From the human T2T-CHM13v2.0 reference genome, Homo sapiens: a DNA stretch of 64,000 bases. A program made the position numbers and the translations under genes. Below the pieces are notes generated by a model that was not told the origin of the DNA, ran no database searches, and saw only the letters and a program-made list of their open reading frames with translations. The stretch is taken from the NCBI RefSeq assembly GCF_009914755.1, contig NC_060934.1. One strand, 5' to 3'. This document shows, piece by piece, positions 1 to 13,798 of the stretch (positions within the stretch are counted from its first letter, which is position 1; each line of letters starts with the position of its first letter).

Positions 1-140
1 GTCTCTTGGCTGGCTGCCTCCTCCTTTTGTAAACTTCCCAATATTGGAGTGCTGGGAGCTCTGTCCTGAACGATTTCCTCTACCTACACATTCTCTCTCT
101 CCAGGCAATCTCATCTAGACCCATAGTGGTAAATGTCACC

Positions 141-502
141 TCTTAGTCAATTTGGGCTGCTATAACAAATTACCATAGCCTGGGGGGCTTAAACAACAAA
201 TCTTTATTTCTCACAGTTCTGGAGGCTGACAGGTCCAAGATCAAGGTGCTAGCAGATTTGTGTCTGGTGAGGGCCCTCTTCCTGGTTTGCAAATGGTAAT
301 CTTGTATCCTAACATGGCAGAGAGCAGAGAGAGAAAACAAAAGACTTCTCATGACCTTCATAAGGGCATCAATCTCTCTCATGAGGGCTCCACCCTCATG
401 ACCATAATTAGGTCCCAAGGTCCTCACCTCCAAATATCACATTGAGGGTTGGAGTTTCAATGTATAAATTTTGGGAGGGAAACAAACATTAAACCCACAG
501 CA
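141..502 (-). mobile_element. MaLR solo LTR, MLT1A/MLT1A0-like
   Basis: tcttagtcaatttgggctgctataacaaattaccatag...tccaagatcaaggtgctagcagat...catgagggctccaccctcatgacc...aaacattaaacccacagca matches the reverse strand of MLT1A. Confidence 0.85.
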
Positions 503-1081
503 TTCTGCCTACACATTTTCTCTCTCCAGGTAATCTAAGTCAGACCCCTAACATTAAATGTTACCTAAGGTAGATGATCCCCAGATATGTGTACCCAATC
601 CTGTTCTCCCCTAGAATTTCAGCCTGTGTATCCCACTGTGAAGTGACATTTTCCTTTAGAGATCTAACAGACAAATAGAAATTAACAGGGCCGAATAAAT
701 TGGATAATCTGTTTCAAGGCTTCTCTACTCTCCTCCTTACCTCATTGTAAAAGGCACTCCCATCCACTCAGTTCCTTGATTCCTCCTTCTCTCACCCTCA
801 TGTCCTCATATCTAATCCATTAGCACTTTCTATCAATTCTACCTTCTGAATGTGAGCATGTTCCAACAATTTTTCCTCCAGCATGGATCAATGTACTTCT
901 TTCTCTTCATCATCACTGTGACCATTGTAGTTGAAGCCAACGTCACGTCCTGCTTAGACTGGTACAATAGCATCCTATCTCCTGTCTCCACTTCTGTGCT
1001 TGTTCCAAACCCTCCATTCCATTTCTACATGGTGGTCAGGCTAATTTTTTGAAAACATGATGTATATCACATAGCTTCTAG

Positions 1082-1631
<550 letters not shown>

Positions 1632-1992
1632 CCTTTCAGTCCTATCCCTAGAGAGGCCTTCTCCATCTATCCAGTCTAAAATGTCCACGTGGTCAAGCTC
1701 TATTACATTAGCCTATTTTAATTTTCTGTATAGCACTCATTCCTCTCTTGTTCTCATCATCTGTTATTTGCTGTCCTTTCCTGCTAGAATGCAAGCTCCC
1801 TGAAAACCAAGAACTTGTCTTTTTCCCCACCGTATGCCCAGCACTAGGCAGAGTGCCTGGCCTGTTGAAGGTGCTCAACAAGTATTTGTTTCATGGGCGA
1901 ATAATTGAATGAATCAACACTCGGCTCGTAGACAGAGGGCCTGGGTCTACCATCCTTTAGCTTTGTGTCCCTGAGAAATATCTACTTATGGA

Positions 1993-2330
1993 TTCAATCA
2001 GTACACATTTTCCAAGCCCCTATTCTAAGGAGGCTGATGGTTAAGAAGCAGTCTCTGCTGTCAGGGCACTCATGATCCTGATGAGAGACCATTTTCTAAT
2101 CATGGACCCAGGGCACTGGAAGAACCCAGCAGAGGGGCCCCTCTTCCAGCCCAGAGGAAGGGATACCTAAGTTGAGACCCAAAAGATGAGGTGGGACAAG
2201 AGTGGTCCAGGAAGCAGCACAGCAGGTGCAAAGGCCTGGAGATTAGAGAGAGGAAGCATGGTCTATTTCAGGAATGGAGAATAATTGTCAATGGCTGGAG
2301 CCATACAGCAGAAAGAAGGAAAGAAAGAAG
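1993..2330 (-). mobile_element. L2 fragment
   Basis: gtctctgctgtcagggcactcatgatc; gttgagacccaaaagatgag; cagcaggtgcaaaggcctggag motifs typical of antisense L2. Confidence 0.55.
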
Positions 2331-2594
2331 AGAGGGATGGAGATAAGGAAGGGCGAAGGGAGAAGGCAAAGCAGATGGAGAAAATGTGAACCTTGTGTTC
2401 AAGAACCTTCTATTTGGAAACAGGGAGGGGGCAGAGGTCTTGAGCCTGTCAATGGCCTTCTCTTGTCCTAGTCCTCAGGTCTTGGTCACATGACCAGTTC
2501 CCTTTTGGCTGTCCCGTATGCCCAGTGATGGCAACAGGGGATATTCAGGGTGGTCTCAGGCTACTGTATTATGACCCCTCCCCACCCTAGACAG

Positions 2595-2753
2595 CTTTTT
2601 ACAGTTCAATAGAGTCTTTGAGTCTTCACTATAACCTCCATTTACAGGTGAGGAAACCAAGTCCCAGAGCCAGAGGGACTTGCTTGGAGCTGCAGAGCTG
2701 GGACAAGAACTGGTTCTTTGTTTCTTAGCTGGAGTTTTCTACACTGTACCACA
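2595..2753 (-). mobile_element. MIR SINE
   Basis: Core ccatttacaggtgaggaaaccaagtcccagag. Confidence 0.7.
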
Positions 2754-3534
2754 TCCCCTTCTCTCTTGAGATGTGTCTTCCAGGGCAAATTTTTTGCTAC
2801 CATCTAGGGAGCATGTTCTGGAGGTCCTGAAATACCTGAACTGGCACCTTCTAGGAGGCCTACTGTCACATTCCCTCTGGTCCAAAGAGCCTTCTGTAAG
2901 CCATTGGTGCCACTGATGCTTCCAGGCCAGGCTGACAGCATCTGTTCTGACTTAAAGTATTTATTTGGAGAGTCGACTGTAGTTGAGCTGCATGTTTCTT
3001 GGCAGAGCTGGGCTGGAACGGACTTGGCCTGGCATGGTGGCTGGCTCCATGAGTTGATGCCTGGGCTGGGGAGGGTTTTATTTACACTGAGAGGGTCTCA
3101 TCAGTCCTAGATGAGGTGACTGCCCCATTTCCCCCTGAGTCCCTGGTGAACGGTGTTATATTCATGACATACTATGAAGGGATGTGAGATGAAGGGAATC
3201 ATGGAGGGGCAGTTTCACTTCTAGTTCTTTCCAAATCAGTGTATATCACTGGGCAAATTTCTCTGCTTCTCTGGCCTCCTGTGTCCTATGGAGACAATGC
3301 TGCCTGTTTCAGAGTCCCTGAGAAATATCAGTGAGGCTGGAGAAATGAAAACTGCTGCCAACCAGAGGGAGTTACAGTGAGGGGTCAAGAGGTGTTGGGT
3401 GGGGCAGCCTGGTTTTCCATGGTCCTTGCCTTGGTTTCCTGAACCCACCCACTGAAAGCTGAATCAGGAAGAAGAATGGGTAGCTGTCACTATCCTCAGC
3501 CATAAGAATCCCTGTGTGAGACTTTAATATTGAT

Positions 3535-3765
3535 AACAATTTTAATGGCTAATATTGTTAGGCGCCATGGTGCCAGGCACTATGGTTTGCAAGTGTTATC
3601 TTGTGTAACCCACCTAAACCAGCCCCAGGGTCAGGATATTATTCATGAGTTCCAGACATGGAAATGGGGCTCACAGATGTTTAGGAATATAACCTAGGCT
3701 TTTAAGTGGCAAATTTGGGCTTTGAACTTAGGTCTGTCTTATTCTAAAGCCTGTGTTTTTAACAG
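3535..3765 (-). mobile_element. MIR SINE
   Basis: gtgccaggcact...cagacatggaaatggggctcacag...tttgaacttaggtctgtc...ctaaagcc. Confidence 0.7.
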
Positions 3766-4024
3766 TATCTACAAAAACAAGTTTACCAGATTTTATTGTG
3801 CTTTATTGAATGTGGGATAAGTATTCCCCAACCTGAGGATCCATTATTGACAGAATGCAGAGTGCCAGGGGAGGATAATGAAGAAGGAAGGACAGGCGAG
3901 TAATGGAAACACCGACTTCAGCTCCATAATGGGAATGGATCTGTGAACTGGAAGCAACAGCTGCAATTGGGAGGGGTGGGGTCCCAGCTTGGCCATTTTT
4001 CTGTTGGATAGCAATTGGCTTAAC

Positions 4025-4205
4025 CTGGTTAAGAGCTTTGACTTTGAAGTCAAACATTTCTGCATTCAAATCCATGTTCTGCTGCTAGGTGACAGGCAAC
4101 TTACTTCACTAATCTGTGCCTCACGTTCCTCCATTATGAAATGAAGATGACAATTCCTACCTTATCAATATTTCCTATTGTTGTAAGGAATAAAATAAGC
4201 TAAAA
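4025..4205 (+). mobile_element. MIR SINE
   Basis: tggttaagagctttgactttgaagtcaaac...ggcaacttacttcac...ctgtgcctcacgttcctcc. Confidence 0.7.
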
Positions 4206-4797
4206 GAAAGCCCATGGGAGAAGGTGATGCTAACTCCAAATAATGAATTCCTAACACTGGTTAAACAGCCCTTCCCCTCTTGACCATTCTTGAAACACAT
4301 ACAAATACGCCCATGCCTCAGACCAAAGGTGAAGATGATTCCTCCTCAATTTTTCCAGTGTGGCTAGAGCCATGCTATATTTCTGTGGGACAATACCTGT
4401 AATATGTCTGTATCAGCCCTTCAACATGGTGACACCATTGGACTTCCCATATGGGTTAATAAAACCAACTAAGAATTTATTTATTGGAAGCATCCATTTA
4501 TTGTTTAGGGTGAAGGTGATTAAAAGGGACACTAGGTTGAAGAGAGACTTTGGGAAAGAGCCATAAATCTTACTTTGAGTAGATGAAGACTCTCAAAGAA
4601 AGAACTTTGAGATTTGGGTTTGGAAACATGCAACATGAAGGAAAAGGGTTGGAAGGGTTGTGTGGAGGGAAGACTCAGAGGGGCCAGGCTGCCGATCTCA
4701 GGCACCTACAGGAGTGGAGGTGAAGGGCTCAGGCCATTCTTGACGCTCTTGGGGATGGAAGAGCCACAGCCAAGAAGGTGTTTCCTCTCTTAGAGCC

Positions 4798-5159
4798 TGT
4801 CTTAGTCTATTTATGCTGCCGTAACAAAATACCACAGACTAACTTATAAAGGACAGAAATATGTTTTCTCACAGTTCTGAAGTCCAAGATCAAGGTGCTG
4901 GCAGGTTCAGTTGTCTTCTGAGGGTTGCTCTGTGCTTCCAAGGAGGAATACCATATCCTCCTGTGGCAAAAAGTGGAAGGGCAAGAAGGGCGAACTTCCT
5001 CCATTAAGCGCTTTTATAAAGTCCACCTAATTCTACTCATGTGGGTGGAGCCCTCATGACTCAATCACCTCCCAAAGGCCACACCTCTCAATACTGTCGC
5101 ATAGGGGATTAAGATTCAACGTGAATTTTGAAGAAGACAAAGAGACTGAAACGAAAGCA
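4798..5159 (-). mobile_element. MaLR solo LTR (MSTD/MSTC-like)
   Basis: Starts tgtcttagtc, ends aagca; 5-bp TSD gagcc (4793-4797) / gggcc (5160-5164). Confidence 0.85.
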
Positions 5160-5539
5160 GGGCCATATGATAGTGGAGTGGCTTGCTTCAGGAGGGGCTG
5201 AGCTGAGGGGACTCTCTCTCTAGTTTTTTTTGAAAATGTATCCACTCATTGGATGTCTTATAACCCTGACAGTCATGTGAAAGAGAAAACAGAGGAGGGT
5301 GCTACTGGGGCTACTGTCTGGATAGTTCTGGCTTCTGGACCAAGGTTACACCAAATGATCTTTTAAATAGGCATCCATGTGAGTTATCATCCTGCTCCCT
5401 CAAAGATGTAAAATGCTGTTTATTAAGACAAAGATCTCTGTGCAAGGAGAATAGCTGAAGAACTCATGTTGGCAAACTCAAAGCTTTAGGGAGGTGGGCT
5501 ATTGACTTGAGCCCAGGGAAACCAGTGTTGACCTCCAGG

Positions 5540-5653
5540 CATCTTAAGGGCAGGGATCTGGCCGTGGTACTACCTAGTATTCAATGTTCCCAGTGTCTAG
5601 CAGAATGCCTGGCACACAGTAGGCGCTCAGTATATATTCACTGAATGAATAAA
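5540..5653 (+). mobile_element. L2 3' end
   Basis: cagtgtctagcagaatgcctggcacacagtaggcgctcag...tgaatgaat. Confidence 0.75.
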
Positions 5654-5719
5654 GTTATATTATTGTACAAACATTTTACGGATATGTAGATACTTTAAAG
5701 GCAAAATTGGAAATATGTT

Positions 5720-6170
5720 GTAGGTATTGTTTTGTAAATTAATATTTTCACTTAGCAAAATAGCTTGAAAAACATCTAGGCCATTACATTTTATTTTTTT
5801 CTGAAAACAACATCTAATGACTGCATAGCTTCCATCAAATGATTATATCATAACCTAATTAGCAAAGCTTATATATTTTTGGACACTGAGGTAGTTTCCA
5901 GTTTTTTTTTACATTATCAATAATATTGTGATGAACAATCTTTTATTTAAATCTATGAATGCGCTTTTAATTATTTCTTTAAGATCAATTCCTAGAATTG
6001 GCATTACCAGTGTAAAGGGAATAGGCACTTACAGTTATGTTACATTCTGCTAAATTGTTCTTCAGAAAGACTGCCTCAATTAAACAGCCATAAATGAGAG
6101 CAGCCATTTTCACTCTCAATGTCTAGATACTATCATTTTAATTTTTAAAACTGTGCCAATTTGTTAGATA
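5720..6170 (-). mobile_element. Old L1 (L1ME-type) 3' fragment
   Basis: ggacactgaggtagtttccagttt...aataatattgtgatgaaca...ttcctagaattggcatt motifs of antisense L1M 3' region. Confidence 0.6.
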
Positions 6171-6224
6171 ATAGAATGTTCTTGCTTTCAAATCTATGTA
6201 TATTTACAAAAAATTTTTTTTCTA

Positions 6225-6600
6225 CTGAACCTAAAGTTTTCTTTCTGTAACTTCCACCCATTAGTTCAATTCCACACAGAATCAATTTCTTATTTCAAGA
6301 GAGCTATCATGTCCCTTAAAAAAAAATCGAGTCCTTTTAAATGATACTCTTTTTTCCTGGCTAAACATTTTCACTGTTGAAAAGTGGATCCCCAGCTATT
6401 GTGATTTTCCAGATCTTTCATCATCCTGTTATCTTCTGGAGTTGATTCAATTGTGTGTGTCCTTCTTGGAGTATGGTTGGTGCTCAGAATTCAGTGTTAA
6501 ACTGTGCTGGCATGCGCAGCATAGACCAAGACCATCACCTCTTCTGCCACAGACCCCTCTTCTCTAGTGGGTAGCCTAAGAGTGTGTTGACTTTATTTTC
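6225..6600 (-). mobile_element. CR1/L3 LINE fragment
   Basis: ctgtaacttccacccattagtt...gctatcatgtccc...ggctaaacat...tgctcagaatt...accatcacctc resembles antisense L3. Confidence 0.5.
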
Positions 6601-6759
6601 TGGAGTTTATTCATTTTAAAATTAAACATAAATATATTTTCTTAGAAAATATTGAAATATCTAGAGCAATGTATTAAAGTTCTCATCAACTTTTTTCTTA
6701 TTCCCAATTCTATTCCCCTCCCTAGAGCCCATTTCTCCTCATTAGCGTATGTAACCATG

Positions 6760-7480
<721 letters not shown>

Positions 7481-7659
7481 GCATTTCTTTTTTTCTTTAG
7501 CTGTTTTTAAATTCACATTCTTAATATCTTCCAAATTCTTCCCTCCCCCTTCTTTTCTCAGATATATCTCTCCTAGAGTCCTCCATGAGCTATTTATCTC
7601 TGTGAGTTTGAAGCATAACTGTTATTCTGGCACTTACACTGATTGCCCTATTTGATTAG

Positions 7660-8530
7660 TTATACTCTTTCCTGGATTCTATATTCTCTTCTTTCTTATT
7701 ATTCTCTTGTTTTGTTAGAACATGACCTCAAGTAACTTTCAAAGAAGGAATGCAAGTGAGGTAAAAATTATAAGTCCTCGTATGTCTGAAAATGCCTTTA
7801 TCCTACCCTTTACCCAGATTTGCTGGGTACAAAATTATATGAAGAAAATAATATCAAAGGCACTTTCTCATTTTCCTCTGGTATCCCATGTGCTGCTGAG
7901 AAATATGACCTCGATCTGATTCTGCCTCCACTGTAGGCAAACTTTTGATCTTCTCAGATTACTTTAAGGATCTGTTCTTTATTCTTAATTTTCTGAAATT
8001 TTATGTTCATTTGTCATAGTGTTATTTTTAATTCATTGTACTCTTATAATCTTGTGTACCTCAATTTTTGTAAATTCCCCTATATTATTTGATAACTTTT
8101 TCCTTCCATTTTCTCCATTCTTTCTGTAATTCCTTTTAGTCTAAGGTTAAAAAGAGAATTTTTTTCATTTAAGTCTATTATCTTATCTCTTATATTTATA
8201 ATAAATAAATAATTTTCTTTTTGTTTTATTTTCTGTCTGAATTTCTCATTTTTAAGCTCCCAGTCTTGTTGATATTTTAATATCAACAATTATAGTTTTA
8301 CTTTCTAGGAGATCTTTCTTACCGGGTATTTTCCTTTCCTCATTTTTTTTTTTTTTTTTTTTTTTGTGCTTGTGAGTGCAGGGGCTTCTTGAAACACTGT
8401 GAAAAAATAACTTTTCTTCTGTATCCTGCATTAACACATTTGCCTTAGATTTTTTTTTCTGTTATTTATTTTGTCCTTTTCTCTCCCTTTAATGTTTTCC
8501 TCAAATATTGATAAACATTTAATTTTCTGA
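7660..8530 (-). mobile_element. Old L1ME/HAL1-type ORF1-region fragment
   Basis: tatgtctgaaaatgcctttatc...ttgctgggtacaaaatt...ctgctgagaaat...tctgattct. Confidence 0.55.
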
Positions 8531-8541
8531 CAAACATGGTG

Positions 8542-8830
8542 ATCCCAGCACTTTGGGAAGCTGAGGTAGGTGGATCACTTTAGTTCAGGAGTTTGAGACC
8601 AACCTGGGCAACATGGTGAAACCCTGTCTCTACAAAAAAAAAAAAAAAGAAAAAAGAAAAATTAGCCAGGTGTGGTGGCATGCACCTGTGGTGTCGGCTA
8701 CTCAGGAGGCTGATGTGGGAGGATTGCTTGAGGATGGGAGGCAGTGAATGCAGTGAGCTGTGATTGCATAACTGCTCTCCAGCCTGGGCAACAGGGTGAG
8801 ATCCTGTCTCAAAAAATAGATAATAATAAT
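8542..8830 (+). mobile_element. AluJ (slightly 5'-truncated)
   Basis: atcccagcactttgggaag...acctgggcaacatgg...ggaggattgcttgag...cctgtctcaaaaa; expanded mid A-tract. Confidence 0.9.
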
Positions 8831-8892
8831 TTTCACTTCATATTTAAAAATGAACTACTAAGAAAATGTAATAGAAGCCACTTTGCTAAATA

Positions 8893-9465
8893 TTGCTGAT
8901 TGGTACTTAGCCTCATTCCTGCCCTTCCACACACTCTTCTGTTTCTTACGGGGCTAGAAGCCTGAAAACTAAATTTCTCAAGTTTTCCTGCTAGCTGGAC
9001 TCTGGTTAAGTTCTGCTAACAGGAAACACTTGTGAGACATTGAATGGTGGAAGTTAAGCAGAATTATTCTACCTTGACTCCATCAAGAGTGGGCACACAG
9101 GCAACTATGTACTCCAGCAGTTGACATTCAGTGGATGTGGCTCCTTTTCAGAGGTAGTAATGTCTAGCAGCATCAGTGCCAAAAGCTCTTAACAGCATTA
9201 GCAGCAGTGGAATGAAGGTGACTCCCACCATATAGCAGCAATGGCAGCTCCAGCAGCTCAGGGAAGAGGTAAGGTGGGGTGTTGGTGTAGGTTTGTGAAT
9301 TCTAGGGATGACCAATGTCCTAATCTCTGGGCGACACCTTCTTTCTCTTTGAGTTCTCTAGCCCTTTTAACAGTATTGTAACCATTGAAGTCCTGTTATT
9401 GAATCTCACTTTGCTTGAACTCTTAGAATTATTTCTGTTTTCCTGATTGGGTACTGAAAGATACA
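8893..9465 (+). mobile_element. ERVL solo LTR (LTR33-like)
   Basis: gctagaagcctgaaaactaaatttctca...ctagctgg...ttaagttctgc; 3' end ttctgttttcctgattgggtactgaaagataca. Confidence 0.65.
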
Positions 9466-9544
9466 GATATCACCTACAATACCAATAAAATGTCTATCAA
9501 TCTATCTAATCTCTATCATCTACATCTATTCTATCTATCTACAT

Positions 9545-9990
9545 AGTACTGGAAAAAATCTAACAAAGGTTAACAAGAAATTTAAGAAGAAAAAATAAAT
9601 TGTATCCAGAGATATTAAAGTCCAAATAAATGGAGATATATATCATATTTGTGGCTAGAAAGGCTCACTATTGTACAAATGATATTTCTTCCCAAGTTGA
9701 TCTATATGCTCAATACAAATTCGATAAAAATCCAAGCAGGGCTTTTTTTTTTTTCCTGAGGAACTTGGCAATCTTGTTCTAAAATTTATATGAGAAAATA
9801 AAAGGCCAAGACTAGCTACAATGTTCCTGAAGAAGAAGGGGGCATAATTTGCTTTGCCAGATATTTACACTTTTTAAAAAGCCATAGTACTTAAGACAGT
9901 ATTGCTGTAGAGATAGGCAAACTGACTAAGGGCAAGCTAGCCCAGAAACACCCATGAATATATGAACACTTCACAAACTTGCATTCCTGG
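9545..9990 (+). mobile_element. Old L1 ORF2 3' fragment
   Basis: aaataaatggagatatatatcat...ccaagttgatctat...ctaaaatttatatg...ccagatatt...aagccatagta. Confidence 0.7.
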
Positions 9991-11521
9991 GGGAAAAAAA
10001 ACAAATTGCTAACATTTTGTTAAAGATTTTTGTATCTTTTTTCATGAGGGATATTGGTTTGAAATTGCATTTTTTTTTTTTCTTAAAGTGCTTGTCAAGT
10101 ATCAAGGTAATATCGACCTCATAAAATTAATTGGGAGGTGTTCCCTTCTCCTCTATTGACTGAACAACTCTGTGTGAGGTCAATATTGTTTCTTCTCTAA
10201 ATGTCTGATAGGCTTCATTCTAAAACAATCTGGGCCTAGAGAGGCATTTTTGTTTTGTTTTTGTGGGAAAAACTTTTGCTTTTGTTTTCTTAATGCATTA
10301 AATTTATTTTATAGATGTGGGACTATTCAGATTTTCTAGGGCCACCAGATAATGATGTCAACAAGATGGTGTAATAGGCAGCCCCAGCCTCATTTTCCCC
10401 ATGGAAACTGAGATTTATCCAACATTCATGAGCAAATTTCTCTATGAGAGCTCAAAAATCCATTTTGGAGGTTCTAGCATGACGATGGAGCACAGAAATT
10501 AGAAAAGATGCACTGAAAAGGCCAAGAACAGTTTCACTTTTACCTGTATCACCCCTTTCCCAAGCAAGCACAGCACAGCAAGAGATCCCTTCAGTCCACA
10601 AGTTCTCCCATCGGGGAAAACAAGTAAAGTGAGTGTCTGATTTCCACAGCCTTTTTTGGTGCTACCTGAGAAGCTTGCTTCAGTTGTGCCTCAGCCAGAA
10701 AGATCACTGAGGAGATCAGTGTGGCTAGATTTCTTTGGGGTAGCTAGTAACAATAAAAAAAGGGCAGGGACTCTCAGCAACCAGCATATGAATCTCAAGA
10801 GCTTGCCTGTGGTCCCTGGTAGCAGGGTTTCCCACAGACCAAAACAGGAGGTCTGCCAATCTGAGACCCTGCCAGCAAGCCCAGCCACTGACTCCTCCAG
10901 CTGGCCTGCCTAGAATCTCTGACCAGGCTGACTAGTGACGGGCATTCCCTGCTGAAGCCAGTCTGTAAAGACTGGGAGAGGTGACTGCTTCTTCAAATGG
11001 GCAGAAAGCAATGCAAGGCTTTCTTGTATGACATCACCAAAAGAACAAAATAAAACTTCAGTGACTAATCCTAAAGAAATGGAGATCTATAAACTGCTTA
11101 AAAAAGAATCAGAATAATTGTCTTGAAGAAGTTCAGTGTGCTACAAGAGAATACAGATAGTGAACTAAATGAAATTAGGAAAACTATACATGGACAAAAT
11201 GAGAAATCAACAACAAAAACAGAAACCATAAAAAAGAACTAAACAGAAATTCTGGAGCCGAAGAATGCAGTGAATGAACTGAAAACTTCAATAGGGATTT
11301 TCAACAGTAGAATTGATCAAACAGAAGAAAGAATCAGTGAACTTTGAGATGGGACATTTGAAATTATTCAGAGGAACAAAAAGAGGAATGAAAAAGTAAG
11401 GAAAACCCATGTAACTTGTGGGACACCATTAAGTGAGTCAATATACACATTATCTGAGTTCTAGAAAGAGAAGAGAAAGGGCCAGAAATATTATAATATT
11501 ACTTAAAGAAATAACGGCTGA

Positions 11522-11844
11522 GGCCAGGTGCAGTGGCTCATGCCTGTAATCCCAACACTTTGGGAGGCCGAGGTGGGCGGATCACAAGGTCAGGAGATCA
11601 AGACCATCCTGGCTAACACGGTGAAACCCCGTCTCTACTAAAAATACAAAAAATTAGCCGAGCGTGGTGGCAGGTGTCTGTAGTCCCAGCTACTCTGGAG
11701 GCTGATGCCATTCAGGAGAATGGCATGAACCTGGGAGGCAGAGCTTGCAGTGAGCTGAGATGGCGCCACTGCACTCCAGCCTGGGTGACAGAGCAAGACT
11801 CCATCTCAAAAAAAAAAAAAAAAAAAAAAAACGAAAAAAGAAAG
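11522..11844 (+). mobile_element. AluY
   Basis: gagatcaagaccatcctggctaacacggtg, gaatggcatgaacc, gagcttgcagtgagc; 14-bp TSD gaaataacggctga at 11508-11521 and 11845-11858. Confidence 0.95.
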
Positions 11845-13729
11845 GAAATAACGGCTGAAAACTTTCCAAATCTGGGAAAGAAAATGGACATCCAGATTCA
11901 AGAATCACAAACGACCTCAAATAAGTTTTATAATACAGGTAATAATATAATAATATAATATAAATAATAAAGTTTATACTGAGACACATTGCAATTAAAT
12001 TGTCAAAATTTGAGGAGCGGGAACAAGACGGCTGAATAGAGGGCTCTTCTGAACATCCCTCTCCAGGAACATCAAATTTGACAACTATCTACACAAAGGG
12101 AGCATCTTCATAGAAACCAAAAATCAGATAAGCACTCACAATGCCTGGTTTTGACTTCATTTCACTTAAAGAGGCACTAAAGAGGGTAGGAAAGAGTCTT
12201 GAATTGATTATTCTATGCATCCCACAGTAGTCAAGTGGTGTGGAGAGGGAGTCTGTGCACTCTTGAGAGAGCGTGCAGTGATTGTGAGGTTTTGCATTGA
12301 ATTCAGTGATGTCCTGTCACAGCGGAAAGTAGAACTGGGATGAACTCAGCTGATGCCTGCCTATGGAGGGAGTATAGAGACCAGCCCTAGCCCTAGCCAG
12401 AGGGGAATTACCCTTCTTAGTGGTTGGAGCTTGGTTTCCAGCAAGCCTCACCACTGTGAGCTGTAGTGCTCTGAGGCCCTTAGTGAACTTAAGGGACATT
12501 CTAGGCCACAAAACCTGCAACTCCTAGGCAAGTCCTAGTGCTAAGCTGGGCTCAGAGCCAGTGGACATGAGGTCTTGTGACCTACTGAGACACCAGTCAG
12601 GGTGACTAAGGAAGCGCTTGCCCTACCCCATCCTGAACCCCAGGCAGCACAGCTCATGGTTCCAAAGGAGACCCCTTCCTTCTGCTTGAGAAGAGAGGGA
12701 AGAGTAAAAAGGACTTTGTCTTGCATCTTGGATACCAGCTCAGCCACAGCAGGACAGGGCACTGGTAAGGGTCATAAGACTCCCATGCCAGGTTCTAGCT
12801 TCTGGATGACGTTTCTAGACACATCCTGGGCCAGAAGGGAACACACTCTCTCGAAGGGAAGGACACAGTATAGGCAGGACCCATCAGCTACTAACTAAAG
12901 AGCTCTTGGGCCCTGAAGAACTAGCAGTGATACCCAGGTTGTACTGCAGGCCTTGGGTGAGACTCAGAGATGTACTGGCCTCAGGTAAGAACCAGCATAT
13001 TCCCAGATGTGGTAGCTGTTGGGAAAGGCTCTTCTGCTTGAGAAAAGCAGAGGGAAAAGTAAAGGGCACTTTGCTTGTACCTTAGGTAACAGCTTGGCCA
13101 CAGTGGGATAGAGCACCAGGTGGGCTCTTAGGGTCCTTGATGCTAGGCCTTGGCTCTTGGATAGCATTTCTAGACCTGCCCTGGGCCAGAAGGGAGCCCA
13201 TTGCCATGAATGGTGAATTCCAGGCCTGGCAGCCTTCACCACAAGCTGACTGGAGAGATCTTGGGCCTTAAGTGAACATTGATGTTAGCCTGGCAGTACT
13301 CCTCCTGGGCCTTGTGGTAGTGGTGGCCATGGGATAAGGCTCTTCTGCCTGTGGAAATGGGAGGGAAGAATGGGAAGGACTCTGTGATGTGGTTGAGTGC
13401 TAGCTTAGCCACAGTAGAATAGAACACCAGGTAGATTTCTAAGATTTTTGACTCCAGTCCCCGGCCCCTAGATGGCATCTCTAGACTTGCCTGGGGCCTG
13501 GGAGATCTCACTGCCCTGAAGGGAAAGCAGTGCTGTGCTTGCTTTGCCACCTGCTGATTGCAGAGCCCTAAGGCCTTGAGTGAACACAGGCCGTAGCATA
13601 GCAGTGGTTACAGCAGGCCCCAGGTGAGGCCCAGTGCTGTTCTGGCTTCGGGTCTGACCCAGCTCAGTCCCAGCGGTGGTGGCCACAGGTGTGCTTATGT
13701 CACCTGACCCCCAGCTCCAGTCAGTTCAG

Positions 13730-13740
13730 CACACACACAC

Positions 13741-13798
<58 letters not shown>
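13730..13798 (+). repeat. Compound (CA)n(GA)n microsatellite in L1 5'UTR
   Basis: Directly visible. Confidence 0.95.

Noticed and set aside
1599-1624. Second poly-T on the 5' side of an antisense Alu as a separate retro-insertion
   Set aside because: No element body follows; more simply an expanded T-rich target duplication
12400-13700. ~300-450-bp degenerate repeats in the L1 5'UTR
   Set aside because: Repetitive 5'UTR architecture is, from recall, intrinsic to L1M1/L1MA-type elements and not locus-specific
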